Shown here: positions 1 through 9,656 of the stretch, in pieces | Layout: every line of letters starts with the position of its first letter | How positions within the stretch are numbered: the first letter of the stretch is position 1 | NCBI GenBank assembly: GCA_964601625.1 | Contig: CAZROC010000005.1 | Location: 21,077-85,076, forward strand | DNA from: an uncultured Thermoplasmata archaeon | GTDB taxonomy: Archaea; Thermoplasmatota; Thermoplasmata; JAGHBH01 | Direction of reading: 5' to 3' | Length of the DNA stretch: 64,000 nt | Made by a program: the position numbers and the translations under genes | Notes under the pieces: model-generated | Told to the model about the DNA's origin: nothing | The model's database searches: none | Seen by the model: the letters and a program-made list of their open reading frames with translations, nothing else

Positions 1-323
1 CGGAGGCGGAGATATCTCACATGGTCAACGACATAGAGCGTGAGCTGCGCAACATGGACACGATAGAGGTGCCCAGCAGCGTCATAGGTGAGATGGTCAT
101 GGACCGTCTCAGAGACCTGGACCACGTGGCCTACATCCGTTTCGCCTCGGTGTACAGGGAGTTCGCCGACGTGGAGATGTTTGAGGAAGAGATAAGGAAA
201 ATACTCCGCGAAACAGCCAGAGGCAAAAGGGGGCGGATTGGAGCCGGGAAAAGAGGACCGGGGAGGAGAGAGACGGAGAAGATGAGAGAAAAAGAAACAG
301 AGGAGGAATACGAAGATGAATGA
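1..323 (+). CDS. ATP-cone domain regulator, NrdR-like; 5' end lies outside the window
   Basis: Frame 3 is open from base 3. Translation contains VAYIRFASVYREFADVEMFEEEI, which matches the ATP-cone of NrdR and RNR N-termini, followed by a basic/acidic tail. Stop TGA at 321-323 overlaps the nrdD ATG at 316. Confidence 0.45.
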   Translation, partial: EAEISHMVNDIERELRNMDTIEVPSSVIGEMVMDRLRDLDHVAYIRFASVYREFADVEMFEEEIRKILRETARGKRGRIGAGKRGPGRRETEKMREKETEEEYEDE

Positions 324-2829
324 AAAAGGGACAGGTATACTGGCCGATATGAAATCTGAGATAAGGTATGTGAGAAAGAGGGATGGAACAGTCGTGCCCT
401 TTGAGGGCGAGAGAATAAAAAACGCCATACAAAAAGCGTTTCTGGCTAAGGGCTACAATCCGGACATGAGCGAACTCCTCTCCCGGAACCTCGCAGAAAA
501 AGTCGTTGAGAAACTGGAAAAGAGATACGCCGGCGAGATACCGGGGATAGAAGACATCCAGGATCTCGTGGAGGCCACTCTGATAGAGGAGAACTTCACA
601 AAGGTTGCCAAGGCGTACATCCTCTACAGAAAACAGCGGGAAGACGCCAGAAAGATCAAAGAAACCCTGCTGGAAGTGGACAAAATCATGGACGGGTACC
701 TGGGGCGCACAGACTGGCGGGTGAAGGAGAACAGCAACTCCGACTACTCCCTCTCAGGTTTGCTCATGCACGCCGCCGGGTCCGTGGTGGCGAACTACGT
801 GCTCACGAAGATATACCCGAAAGAGATCGCAGACGCGCACAGAAACGGCGATTTTCACATCCACGACCTCTCCCTGGGCATAGCCGGCTACTGTGCGGGG
901 TGGAGTCTGAAACAGCTCCTAATGGAGGGTTTCAACGGGGTGCCCGGAAAGGTGGCCTCAACTCCACCAAGACACCTTGAAACAGCACTGGGCCAGATGG
1001 TAAACTTTCTGGGGACCCTCCAGAACGAGTGGGCGGGCGCTATGGCTTTTTCGTCCTTTGACACATACCTCGCCCCATTCGTCAGAGTGGACAATCTCTC
1101 CTACAGAGAGGTCAAACAGGCCATCCAGCAGTTCGTTTTCAGCCTCAACGTGGCGAGCAGATGGGGCGGACAGACACCCTTCACCAACATAACACTTGAC
1201 TGGGTCCCCCCCGAAGACCTGCGGGACGAACCCGCCATAGTGGGCGGCGAACTCATGGATTTCACATACGGAGAACTCCAGGAAGAAATGGACATGATAA
1301 ACAGGGCGTTCCTTGAGGTCATGATGGAAGGAGACGCCAACGGGCGGCCCTTCACGTTCCCCATACCAACATACAACATAACAAAGGATTTCAACTGGGA
1401 CACGGAGAACGCCAACCTTCTCTTCAAAATGACCGCCAAATACGGGCTGCCTTATTTCCAGAATTTCATAAACAGCGACCTCAAGCCAGGCGATGTCAGG
1501 TCAATGTGCTGCCGCCTCCAGCTAGACCTCCGCGAGTTAAAGAAAAAAACCGGCGGCCTCTTCGGCTCCGGGGAGAGCACGGGCTCAATAGGTGTTGTGA
1601 CGATAAACATGCCAAGAATAGGATACCTTTCCAAAACGAAAGAGGAGTTTTTTGAGCGGCTAAGCCGTCTCATGGACCTGGCTAAAGAGTCCCTGGAGAT
1701 AAAAAGAAAGGTCGTCCAGAAAAACATGGAAAACGGGCTGCTGCCGTACACAAAGCGGTACCTGGGGACGCTGGAAAACCACTTCTCAACCATAGGACTG
1801 GTGGGGATGAACGAGGCCCTGCTCAACTTCATGGGTGTGGACATAGGATCTGAGGAGGGAAGGAAATTCGCCCTTGAAGTCCTGGACTTCATGAGAGAGA
1901 GAATAAAACAGTACCAGGAGGAAACAGGCCACATATACAACCTTGAAGCGACCCCCGCCGAGGGCACCTCCTACCGCCTGGCAAGAATAGACAAAGAAAA
2001 ATATCCGGACATAATCACGGCGGGAGACGAAGAGCCATATTACACCAACTCCACCCTGCTACCAGTGAACTACACCGAGGACATATTTGAGGCCCTTGAC
2101 CTCCAGGACGAACTACAGACAAAATACACCGGCGGGACCGTCTTCCACGGGTTCCTCGGAGAGGAACTCCAGGACGTTGAAACCTGCAAACTCCTGGTAC
2201 GCCGGATAGCGGAAAACTACCGCCTCCCATATTTCACCATAACGCCCACGTTCTCAATATGTCCAGAGCACGGATACATAGCAGGGGAACACTTTGAGTG
2301 CCCCAAGTGTGGCCAGGAAACAGAGGTCTACTCAAGGGTTGTTGGATACTTCCGCCCGGTGAAGAACTGGAACAACGGCAAACGTGAGGAGTTCAAACAG
2401 CGTCTGGAATACCGTGTGGAACAGATACCACCGCAGAAATCGCCGGGTGAAAAGAGCGGGGAAGAAAGGGAAGAGGAGATACCCCCCGAAAACTTGGTAT
2501 CCGTGGCGGGAGGGAACGGCGGAGACGGAAACGGCATGGCCGTAGCCGTAGCCGGGGCCACCACCACACCCCTCCCGGGCATGGAAAAAGAAGGTGTGGC
2601 CAGATACCTGTTCTTCTACAGCAACCACTGCCCCCACTGTCCCGCCGTCAAACTCTACCTGCAAAAAGTGGACATACCCGGGGAGCACATAAACGTGGAA
2701 GAAAAGGCGGGATACGATCTGGCCCTGAAATACAACGTGATGGGAACTCCCACGGTCATACTCCTGGACGCAGGCGGGAACATAATCGGAACAGAACACA
2801 GCGTTGGAGGGCTGAAAAAATGGCTGTGA
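316..2829 (+). CDS. nrdD: anaerobic ribonucleoside-triphosphate reductase (class III RNR) with C-terminal redoxin-like (CPHC) domain
   Basis: 837-aa ORF with an AGGAGG SD at 301-306. It has an N-terminal ATP-cone (IRYVRKRDGTVVPFEGERIKNAI) and the glycyl-radical motif RVVGYFRPVKNW. A Gly-rich linker leads to a thioredoxin-fold tail, FFYSNHCPHCPAVKLYLQK...MGTPTVILLD. Confidence 0.9.
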   Translation: MNEKGTGILADMKSEIRYVRKRDGTVVPFEGERIKNAIQKAFLAKGYNPDMSELLSRNLAEKVVEKLEKRYAGEIPGIEDIQDLVEATLIEENFTKVAKAYILYRKQREDARKIKETLLEVDKIMDGYLGRTDWRVKENSNSDYSLSGLLMHAAGSVVANYVLTKIYPKEIADAHRNGDFHIHDLSLGIAGYCAGWSLKQLLMEGFNGVPGKVASTPPRHLETALGQMVNFLGTLQNEWAGAMAFSSFDTYLAPFVRVDNLSYREVKQAIQQFVFSLNVASRWGGQTPFTNITLDWVPPEDLRDEPAIVGGELMDFTYGELQEEMDMINRAFLEVMMEGDANGRPFTFPIPTYNITKDFNWDTENANLLFKMTAKYGLPYFQNFINSDLKPGDVRSMCCRLQLDLRELKKKTGGLFGSGESTGSIGVVTINMPRIGYLSKTKEEFFERLSRLMDLAKESLEIKRKVVQKNMENGLLPYTKRYLGTLENHFSTIGLVGMNEALLNFMGVDIGSEEGRKFALEVLDFMRERIKQYQEETGHIYNLEATPAEGTSYRLARIDKEKYPDIITAGDEEPYYTNSTLLPVNYTEDIFEALDLQDELQTKYTGGTVFHGFLGEELQDVETCKLLVRRIAENYRLPYFTITPTFSICPEHGYIAGEHFECPKCGQETEVYSRVVGYFRPVKNWNNGKREEFKQRLEYRVEQIPPQKSPGEKSGEEREEEIPPENLVSVAGGNGGDGNGMAVAVAGATTTPLPGMEKEGVARYLFFYSNHCPHCPAVKLYLQKVDIPGEHINVEEKAGYDLALKYNVMGTPTVILLDAGGNIIGTEHSVGGLKKWL

Positions 2830-3584
2830 CCCCGAGCGATGCAGAGACAACTCCGCCCATAACCCCCCTGCCCCTCTTTCCCCCGGAGGAGATATATATC
2901 AACGGTCTCCAGAAGGTCTCTTTCATAGACTACCCCGGGCACATAGTGGCAACCATTTTCTTCGGGGGATGCAACTTCCGCTGTCCATACTGCCACAACA
3001 GCGGTCTCGTGCACAACATAGGCCTCCCCAGGATACCCGTGGAGGAACTCTACGAACACCTGGAAAACCGCCGTGGAAAACTGGATGGTATATGCATAAC
3101 CGGCGGAGAGCCAACGCTCAACCCCCACCTGCCCACGATAATAGAGGGAGTGAAAGAGAGAGGGTTCAAAGTTAAACTGGACACGAACGGCACGAACCCG
3201 CGCATGCTCGGAGATCTGCTCAGCAGGGGAATGGTTGACTACGTAGCCATGGACATAAAAGCGCCCCCTGAGAGATACGGGGAAGTCGTCCGCAGACCAG
3301 TAAGAATAGACGCCATACAGAGGAGCATAGACCTGATAAGGACCACGGCGCCCGACTACGAGTTCAGAACAACCATAGTGAGAGACCTCATAACAGCCAG
3401 AGACCTCCAGAAAATAGGCGAATGGCTCCACGGCTCAAAAAGATACGCCCTCCAGCAGTTCCGCCCGACAAACACCCTGGATCCCTCATACAGACACAAA
3501 AAAGCATACACACTTGAAGAGATGGAAGAGTTCGCAGAAATGCTCCGACCACACTTTGAAGAGGTGGTGGTGAGAGGGAAGTGA
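2820..3584 (+). CDS. nrdG: anaerobic RNR activating protein (radical SAM)
   Basis: Carries the GGCNFRCPYCHN radical-SAM cluster motif. Overlaps the nrdD stop by 10 nt. Confidence 0.85.
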   Translation: MAVTPSDAETTPPITPLPLFPPEEIYINGLQKVSFIDYPGHIVATIFFGGCNFRCPYCHNSGLVHNIGLPRIPVEELYEHLENRRGKLDGICITGGEPTLNPHLPTIIEGVKERGFKVKLDTNGTNPRMLGDLLSRGMVDYVAMDIKAPPERYGEVVRRPVRIDAIQRSIDLIRTTAPDYEFRTTIVRDLITARDLQKIGEWLHGSKRYALQQFRPTNTLDPSYRHKKAYTLEEMEEFAEMLRPHFEEVVVRGK

Positions 3585-3804
3585 GGTTTTAGTGGATCGG
3601 AAAAAGTGTGGACCCATGCGGGCTTTTTATGTGCACCATCCGGTACACAGCCGTCGCATGGCCTTACCCACACGTACAAATACATACACATATCTCTATT
3701 TAAAAGTTTTGACCTTTTTTACTCTATTAAACGTGGGATTAAATGTGAGATTTTTACCGAATTCTGAATAAACTATTTACACCCCTCCCGCTTTCGGTTG
3801 GCCG

Positions 3805-5730
3805 ATGCGAGACGATGCCGGTGTTGATGGCGGAGACGACTTTGACCCACGTGCGCTGGGTTTTCGCTGCGGGCTGGAGATCCATCAGCAGCTGGACACG
3901 GAGAAAAAGCTGTTCTGCAGATGTCCGGTCGGGTACAAAAAGGGCGAGGCGGATATTGTGATTTTGAGGCACATGCGTCCCACTCTGTCGGAGATGGGGA
4001 CCTATGATGGCACTGCTCTTATGGAGTTTAAGACCAGGAAGGAGATCTTGTACGAGGTTTTTGAGGACTCCGTCTGTACCTATGAGATGGACGACACGCC
4101 CCCTTTTCCCATAAACAGGGAAGCGCTTGAGATAGCGCTTGAGATAACCATGTTGTTCGGGTGCAGCGTTGTTGACGAACTCCACGTCTCCCGCAAACAG
4201 TATCTTGATGGCAGCATTCCCACCGGTTTTCAGAGGACCGCCATAACCGGCATAAATGGGCGTGTTCCCTACAAAGACAGGTTTATACGGATACGACAGG
4301 TGAGCGTTGAAGAGGACGCGTGTCGGGAGATGTGGGACAGGGGCCACACGATAGCGTTCAGGACGGACCGCCTGGGCACTCCCCTGGTTGAGGTTGTCAC
4401 GGAGCCGGATATTCTCTCTCCGGAAGAGGTGGCGGAGGTTGCGGGCCTGCTGGGGCGGGCCATGAGGGGGACCGGAAAAGTCCGCCGTGGGATGGGTGCC
4501 ACACGCCAGGACATAAATGTGAGCATTGAGGGCGGTACACGGGTGGAGATAAAGGGGGTTCCGAAGCTCCAGTGGATGGAGGCGCTGACGCGCAACGAGG
4601 CGAGGCGTCAGAAGGCGCTGCTGGACATACGGGACGAACTCCTGGGGAGGGGTTTGAGCCCGGAGAAGGTGGTGGGAGAGAGGGCGTTTATAACGGATCT
4701 TTTCCGGGACAGAGAGGGGTTTTTTGCTCCCATAAGAGAGGCGGTTGAGATGGGCGGTGTTGTGGGCGGCGTGTGTCTCAAAGGGTTCGGGGGGATTTTG
4801 AGGTGGGAGACCCAGCGCTCTCCGGATGGAAGTGTGCCTTTTCTGCGGGAGTTTGAAGGACGTGTCCGGGTGATAGCGTGTCTGGATGGGGAGCCGAACC
4901 TCCTTGACCTCAGAGGCATGGAGGAGAACGGTTTTCCACGCGACCTGTTAAACGGGATCAAAAAGCGGCTGGGCTTTGAGGACGGGGACGATGTGATCGT
5001 TGTCTGGGGGCCCGAGAAAGACGTGAAGACGGCCCTGGAAGAGGTGGCGACGAGGGCAAAAGAGGCCCTAATGGGTGTCCCAAACGAGACTCGCCAGCCG
5101 TTTCCTGATGGGACGACGGGTTTTGAGAGGATTCTCCCGGGGCCGGACAGGATGTACCCTGACACAGACCATCCCCCTGTCCCGCTCACGGAGGAATTTT
5201 TGGAAAATGTGGCCAGGAAGCTGTCAACGCCTGCGTGGGAGAGGGAGAATAGGATGATCGCCGAGGGTGTCCCCTCTGTGTGGGCAAAGCACATCTCCGC
5301 CGACCCTGTTCTCTGGGAGTTTTATGGTCTGGGCGTTGATGCAGGCCTCCCACCCCCCAGGGTGGCGTGGGTGCTCTATGATGTTTTCAGGTATCTGAGA
5401 CGCCGGGGGGTGGACATCCGGGAGATGGACAGGGGCAGGGTGAAGAGGGCGTTTGAGGTCCTGGCAGGGGGTGTTCCGGCGTGGCGGTGGATTCGCTGGC
5501 TGGGGGATGAAGCGGAGGAGCCCCATGTCCCGTCCTATGAAGAAGTGGCGGGGGCTGTTGAGGAGTTTTGCCTTGAAAAGGGCGGCTGCGACTTCCGTTC
5601 TCTGTTTTCTTTTCTCTTGGAGCGGTTTGATGGGTGGGTCCCGGTAGGTGTTGTGAGAGAGGTCGCCGAAAAGTATGGGATTGGCCCCGGGGCGGGGGCG
5701 GGCGACGAAAGCGCACTTCAGAGGGGGTGA
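3805..5730 (+). CDS. gatE: Glu-tRNA(Gln) amidotransferase subunit E
   Basis: 641 aa. The N-terminus GLEIHQQLDTEKKLFCRCP is a GatE/GatB family signature, and the length is typical of archaeal GatE. Confidence 0.85.
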   Translation: MRDDAGVDGGDDFDPRALGFRCGLEIHQQLDTEKKLFCRCPVGYKKGEADIVILRHMRPTLSEMGTYDGTALMEFKTRKEILYEVFEDSVCTYEMDDTPPFPINREALEIALEITMLFGCSVVDELHVSRKQYLDGSIPTGFQRTAITGINGRVPYKDRFIRIRQVSVEEDACREMWDRGHTIAFRTDRLGTPLVEVVTEPDILSPEEVAEVAGLLGRAMRGTGKVRRGMGATRQDINVSIEGGTRVEIKGVPKLQWMEALTRNEARRQKALLDIRDELLGRGLSPEKVVGERAFITDLFRDREGFFAPIREAVEMGGVVGGVCLKGFGGILRWETQRSPDGSVPFLREFEGRVRVIACLDGEPNLLDLRGMEENGFPRDLLNGIKKRLGFEDGDDVIVVWGPEKDVKTALEEVATRAKEALMGVPNETRQPFPDGTTGFERILPGPDRMYPDTDHPPVPLTEEFLENVARKLSTPAWERENRMIAEGVPSVWAKHISADPVLWEFYGLGVDAGLPPPRVAWVLYDVFRYLRRRGVDIREMDRGRVKRAFEVLAGGVPAWRWIRWLGDEAEEPHVPSYEEVAGAVEEFCLEKGGCDFRSLFSFLLERFDGWVPVGVVREVAEKYGIGPGAGAGDESALQRG

Positions 5731-5734
5731 ACGT

Positions 5735-6592
5735 GTGGGACGTGTGATTGACGGTAGAAAGATCGCCGCCGGCTTGAAAGATCGGCTGAGGGCTTTTGTT
5801 GAAGAAAATGGGCTGGACCTCACTGTTGTGGGGGTGGTGGCTGGCGGCAGGGATGCGGACAGGGTCTATGTTCGCATGCGTGAGAGGGCGGCTGCCGAGG
5901 TCGGCGCATCGTCCAGGAACGTTTTTTTGCCCCCGGATGTCTCCCAGGGAGAGCTCCTGGATGTCATAAAAGGCCTGAACGAGGACGACGGGGTGGACGG
6001 GATAATAGTACATTTTCCTCTCCCCCCGCCTATTGACAGAGCGGCTGTGGCCCATGCCCTCTCCCCTGTCAAAGATGTGGATGGGATAACCCCTTTTAAC
6101 AGGGGACGCCTTTTTTCGGGGGACGAGGTTCTTCCCCCCGCCACCCCCGCTGCTGTTGTTTATATGCTGAACGCTGTTGGGGCGGTTTTTGAGGGACGTG
6201 AGGTTGTGGTTGTGAACCACAGCGAGGTTGTGGGAAAGCCCCTGGCTGTCATGCTTTTGAACAGGAACGCCACGGTCCACGTTTGCCACGTTTATACCAG
6301 GGACCTTGCCAGGTGGACAAAAGAGGCGGAGGTTCTTGTGACGGGTGCCGGCGTGCCCGACCTTATAAAACCAGGCATGATAAGGGAGGGCGCTGTTGTC
6401 GTGGACGTCGCCATGAACCGCCTGGCCGATGGCTCCCTGCGCGGGGACGTGGAGTTTGATGGGGTTCTGGCAAGGGCGTCCTATGTTACCCCTGTCCCGG
6501 GGGGTGTGGGGCCGGTGACCAACGCCATGTTGTTGAGAAACCTGGTCCGGTGTGCTCTTTTGAGACGTGGAGAGGATCCTCTGGCTGTTTGA
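5735..6592 (+). CDS. folD: FolD-family methylenetetrahydrofolate dehydrogenase/cyclohydrolase
   Basis: VIDGRKIAAGLKDRL...VVGKPLAVMLL...PVPGGVGPVTNAML is a FolD-like pattern. The ORF is open from 5675, which overlaps the gatE end. The GTG at 5735 or 5744 is the more likely start. Confidence 0.75.
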   Translation: MGRVIDGRKIAAGLKDRLRAFVEENGLDLTVVGVVAGGRDADRVYVRMRERAAAEVGASSRNVFLPPDVSQGELLDVIKGLNEDDGVDGIIVHFPLPPPIDRAAVAHALSPVKDVDGITPFNRGRLFSGDEVLPPATPAAVVYMLNAVGAVFEGREVVVVNHSEVVGKPLAVMLLNRNATVHVCHVYTRDLARWTKEAEVLVTGAGVPDLIKPGMIREGAVVVDVAMNRLADGSLRGDVEFDGVLARASYVTPVPGGVGPVTNAMLLRNLVRCALLRRGEDPLAV

Positions 6593-6703
6593 TGATGCCC
6601 TGGTTATTGTTACCATTATCTTGTCACCGTTATCTTTTTTACTCACCAAAACATGCTGTGATTTGAGAGCACAGGTTGACCTGCCAGACTGGAGGAGAGC
6701 ATA

Positions 6704-7105
6704 ATGATTCCGGGCATGAGGGGCATGAACCCGCGCCAGATGAAACATGCGATGAAGCGGATGGGAATAAAGATGGACGAGGTCCAGGGTGTCACGGAGG
6801 TCCTGATAAAGACGCCGGATGAGGTCTATGTTATCAAAAAACCGGAGGTGCTTATTATAGAGGCGCAGGGGCAGAAGATGTTCCAGGTCGTTGGAGAATA
6901 TGAGGTGGTGTCTCCATCGGAGGTTGAAACCACCGGAGCTGGGCCTGGTGGAGAAGGCGAAGACGGCGTCAGGATCCCCGAGGAGGACATAAAACTGGTC
7001 GCCCAGCAGGCGGGGGTGAGCGAGGAAGAGGCGCTGGAAGCCCTCAGAGAGGCTAACGGCGAGCCAGCAGAGGCCATAATACGGCTGATGTCCCGTAAAA
7101 AGTAG
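6704..7105 (+). CDS. nac: nascent polypeptide-associated complex protein (archaeal NAC alpha)
   Basis: NAC domain (MNPRQMKHAMKRMGIKMDEV) plus a C-terminal UBA-like segment (VSEEEALEALREANGEPAEAIIRLM). Confidence 0.85.
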   Translation: MIPGMRGMNPRQMKHAMKRMGIKMDEVQGVTEVLIKTPDEVYVIKKPEVLIIEAQGQKMFQVVGEYEVVSPSEVETTGAGPGGEGEDGVRIPEEDIKLVAQQAGVSEEEALEALREANGEPAEAIIRLMSRKK

Positions 7106-7144
7106 AAAAAGTAGTAAAACGCTGAAATGTGAGGAGGTGTAGAT

Positions 7145-7444
7145 GTGGCCGGTGAGAGCGCAAACAGATCTGATGTGATACGTCTACATGTGTGGTTTTC
7201 GGGGCTCGTCCAGGGGGTGTTTTTCCGCCATCACACGCACAAAAAGGCCACAGAGCTGGGGGTTAATGGGTGGGTGATGAACCTCCCCGACGGCCGGGTG
7301 GAGGCAGTCTTTGAGGGTCCAAAAAGTGCTGTTGAGATGCTTCTGGATTACTGCGAACACCACCAGCCATATGCCCGCGTTGAGGACGTTGAGGTCGTGG
7401 AGGAGCAACCGATTGGGGAGCGGGGATTCAGGATAAAGCGCTGA
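7145..7444 (+). CDS. acyP: acylphosphatase
   Basis: 99 aa with VWFSGLVQGVFFR...GWVMNLPDGRVEAVFEG, the acylphosphatase signatures. Confidence 0.8.
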   Translation: MAGESANRSDVIRLHVWFSGLVQGVFFRHHTHKKATELGVNGWVMNLPDGRVEAVFEGPKSAVEMLLDYCEHHQPYARVEDVEVVEEQPIGERGFRIKR

Positions 7445-7477
7445 TCTCAACCGGGCGTACCAGCTGAGCATACATGT

Positions 7478-8974
7478 ATGCCTCAATTCTTTAGGCCACC
7501 TTTTACTATGTTCGGTGCTGTTATGGTGTTCGGAAAAAAGCCCGGCAGGCGGAAATACGAGAGGCGAAAAAACGGCGGCGGAGGGGAGCACAGCGTCCTT
7601 TTTGTCCAGCCCGCAAACCCGGAAGAAAAGAGCCATTTCCTCTGTCCCCCATACTGGGTCGCCATTCTCAAGGCGCTGACACCGCCCAACTGGGAAACAG
7701 GCTACATAAACATGGGCTTTGAAACTTTGACTGAGAAGGATGTAGCTGATTTTGATGTGGTAGCCATAGGGATAGTTTCCACGTCAACGGCGTACGAAGC
7801 CTACAGGGTGGGCGACATGGCTATGGAATCCGGGGCTCATGTCGTCATGGGCGGCCTGCACACCTTCATCTTCCCGGACGAAGCGCGCCCGCACTGTCAC
7901 ACGATAATAGTCGGAGAGGGAGAGGGGGCGTGGAGGGAGTTCCTGGCCGATTTTGAGCGGGGAAGACCCAGTCCCCTCTATGTTGGAGGCGTTGTTCCGC
8001 CGGAAAGGTTTGTCGTACCGGACTTTTCAATAACAAAAAAGTATTTCCATCACCACCCGGTGGTTCTTGAGACCATGCGTGGCTGCCCGTTCAACTGTGC
8101 TTTTTGCACAGCTACCCCATATTCCGGAAACACCTATCGTTATTTTCCGGCGGAGATCATCCACGGGACGATAGAACGGTGGTGTGAAGGTAGAAAGATG
8201 CCTGTCCGTCTGGCGAACACGAACATACTGGGAAACGTTGAAAAAACCCGTGAGGTTCTCAAAATTTTCTCAGACCACGATTTTTACTGGTGGGGGCCCT
8301 GTAGCACAAACCTCGTCCGTCACGACGACCTTTTTCCGCTGCTGGCAGAATCAGGTTGTACCAACCTGCGTTTTGGGTTTGAGAGTGTTTCTCCGAAAAC
8401 GTTGCGTTATTTGAATAAAAAACAGAACGTCGTCTCGGAGTACAAACGGCTGGTGAAAAAGGTGCACGACCACGGGATAACAGTTGGGGGCAATTTCATG
8501 TTTGGACTGGACACAGACACGCCGGAAGTTTTCAGGGCCACAGAGGAATTTATAAACGACGCCGACATAGACGTCCCCCTGATTGGCGTGCTCATCCCTT
8601 TTCCGGGCACCAGAATATTTGACGAGTTCCACGCGCAGGGGAGAATCCTGACATATGACTGGTCAAAATACAACGGCCAGCACCTCGTTTACAGGCCTAA
8701 AAACATGACGAAGGAACAGTTACTCCGTGGCGTACTTGAGTTATACGAAAACGTCCACACACCAGCCAGGATACTCAGCCGTTTGACCAACAGCCGGCCG
8801 GGCATACACGCTGTGATGGGCGGAATCATGGCAGGGGTCCTTGTGGTGGGAAAGCGTGTTCTCCAGGGCTTTTTTGAAAAAGCAATAGAGGAAGAGTTTG
8901 AGAACCCGGGAAAATTACTGTACCCTCCAAACAGGTCTTTTGCTCGTTTCGTTGCCGAAACCCGGCACGCCTAG
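7478..8974 (+). CDS. B12-binding-domain radical SAM protein, function unknown
   Basis: The N-terminal part looks like a B12-binding domain and the CPFNCAFCTA cluster motif follows. The true start is possibly internal (Met at about 7514 or 7707). Confidence 0.7.
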   Translation: MPQFFRPPFTMFGAVMVFGKKPGRRKYERRKNGGGGEHSVLFVQPANPEEKSHFLCPPYWVAILKALTPPNWETGYINMGFETLTEKDVADFDVVAIGIVSTSTAYEAYRVGDMAMESGAHVVMGGLHTFIFPDEARPHCHTIIVGEGEGAWREFLADFERGRPSPLYVGGVVPPERFVVPDFSITKKYFHHHPVVLETMRGCPFNCAFCTATPYSGNTYRYFPAEIIHGTIERWCEGRKMPVRLANTNILGNVEKTREVLKIFSDHDFYWWGPCSTNLVRHDDLFPLLAESGCTNLRFGFESVSPKTLRYLNKKQNVVSEYKRLVKKVHDHGITVGGNFMFGLDTDTPEVFRATEEFINDADIDVPLIGVLIPFPGTRIFDEFHAQGRILTYDWSKYNGQHLVYRPKNMTKEQLLRGVLELYENVHTPARILSRLTNSRPGIHAVMGGIMAGVLVVGKRVLQGFFEKAIEEEFENPGKLLYPPNRSFARFVAETRHA

Positions 8975-9003
8975 CTGTCTGTTTGCCGGCTAACAGCGAA
9001 ACA

Positions 9004-9021
9004 TTTATCTATTATTATAGG
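9004..9021 (+). promoter_or_regulatory. TATA-like box upstream of pilin-like gene
   Basis: atttatctattattatag lies about 50 bp upstream of the ATG at 9069, with a GGAGGT SD at 9056-9061. Confidence 0.3.
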
Positions 9022-9068
9022 GTGGGGTGCTCACCCATAACGTATATCTACTTGACGGAGGTTGCAAA

Positions 9069-9524
9069 ATGGGGAAAGTGGAAGCGAAAAAGGCAGAGAA
9101 GGAGTTTGTGAAAAGACGGAATCTGAGAAGGGACAGGAGGGGGGCCCTGGAAGGGTTGCCCCTGTACATGGTCATCCTGGTGGTTATAGCCGCCGTGGCC
9201 ATGGTGATACTCCTGAACTGGACGAAGAGTGTGCAGCACACCGACCTGAAGCGGATTGTGGTTGAGCCAGACACCATAGATGACGGGGAAAAGACATCGG
9301 TCACCATAAGGGCCTACGACACCAAGGGAAACCCCCTTGAGGGTGTGACTATCATACTGGACGGGTGCGGCGTATCAAAGGTTGGAAAGACTTCGTCCAC
9401 GGGAAAATACACCACGTCCATAACACCAGACCTCGCCGGCGAGAGCTACGGCACCATTGATGTGACGGCGAAATACACGGGCACCACTCTCGTGGAGCTA
9501 CACGACGAAATCATTGTCAGTTGA
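9069..9524 (+). CDS. type IV pilin-like protein with class III (prepilin-peptidase) signal peptide and Ig-like C-terminal domain
   Basis: A charged N-terminus ends in RRG|ALEG and is followed by a hydrophobic stretch (LPLYMVILVVIAAVAMVILL), which resembles an archaeal FlaK/PibD cleavage site. The C-terminal region is beta-rich. SD GGAGGT. Confidence 0.45.
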   Translation: MGKVEAKKAEKEFVKRRNLRRDRRGALEGLPLYMVILVVIAAVAMVILLNWTKSVQHTDLKRIVVEPDTIDDGEKTSVTIRAYDTKGNPLEGVTIILDGCGVSKVGKTSSTGKYTTSITPDLAGESYGTIDVTAKYTGTTLVELHDEIIVS

Positions 9525-9656
9525 CGTGGTGTTACAGGAGACAGGGATGTGCGGTCTCTTCCGGCTGCTCCCTTCTCTCTCCGTCGGCTTTGAGTCCACG
9601 CCTCGTATTTTTCCACGCAGTGTGTTTCGTGCCCGGACTGAAAAGTGGTGGTGTGA

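Noticed and set aside
109-3431. Multiple antisense ORFs inside nrdD/nrdG (e.g. 1452-1967, 2655-3431 minus)
   Set aside because: They lie entirely within well-supported sense genes. No domains are present and codon periodicity follows the sense strand.
5387-6748. 453-aa minus ORF across gatE/folD
   Set aside because: Antisense to two confidently identified genes, with a Pro/Gly/Arg-rich low-complexity translation.
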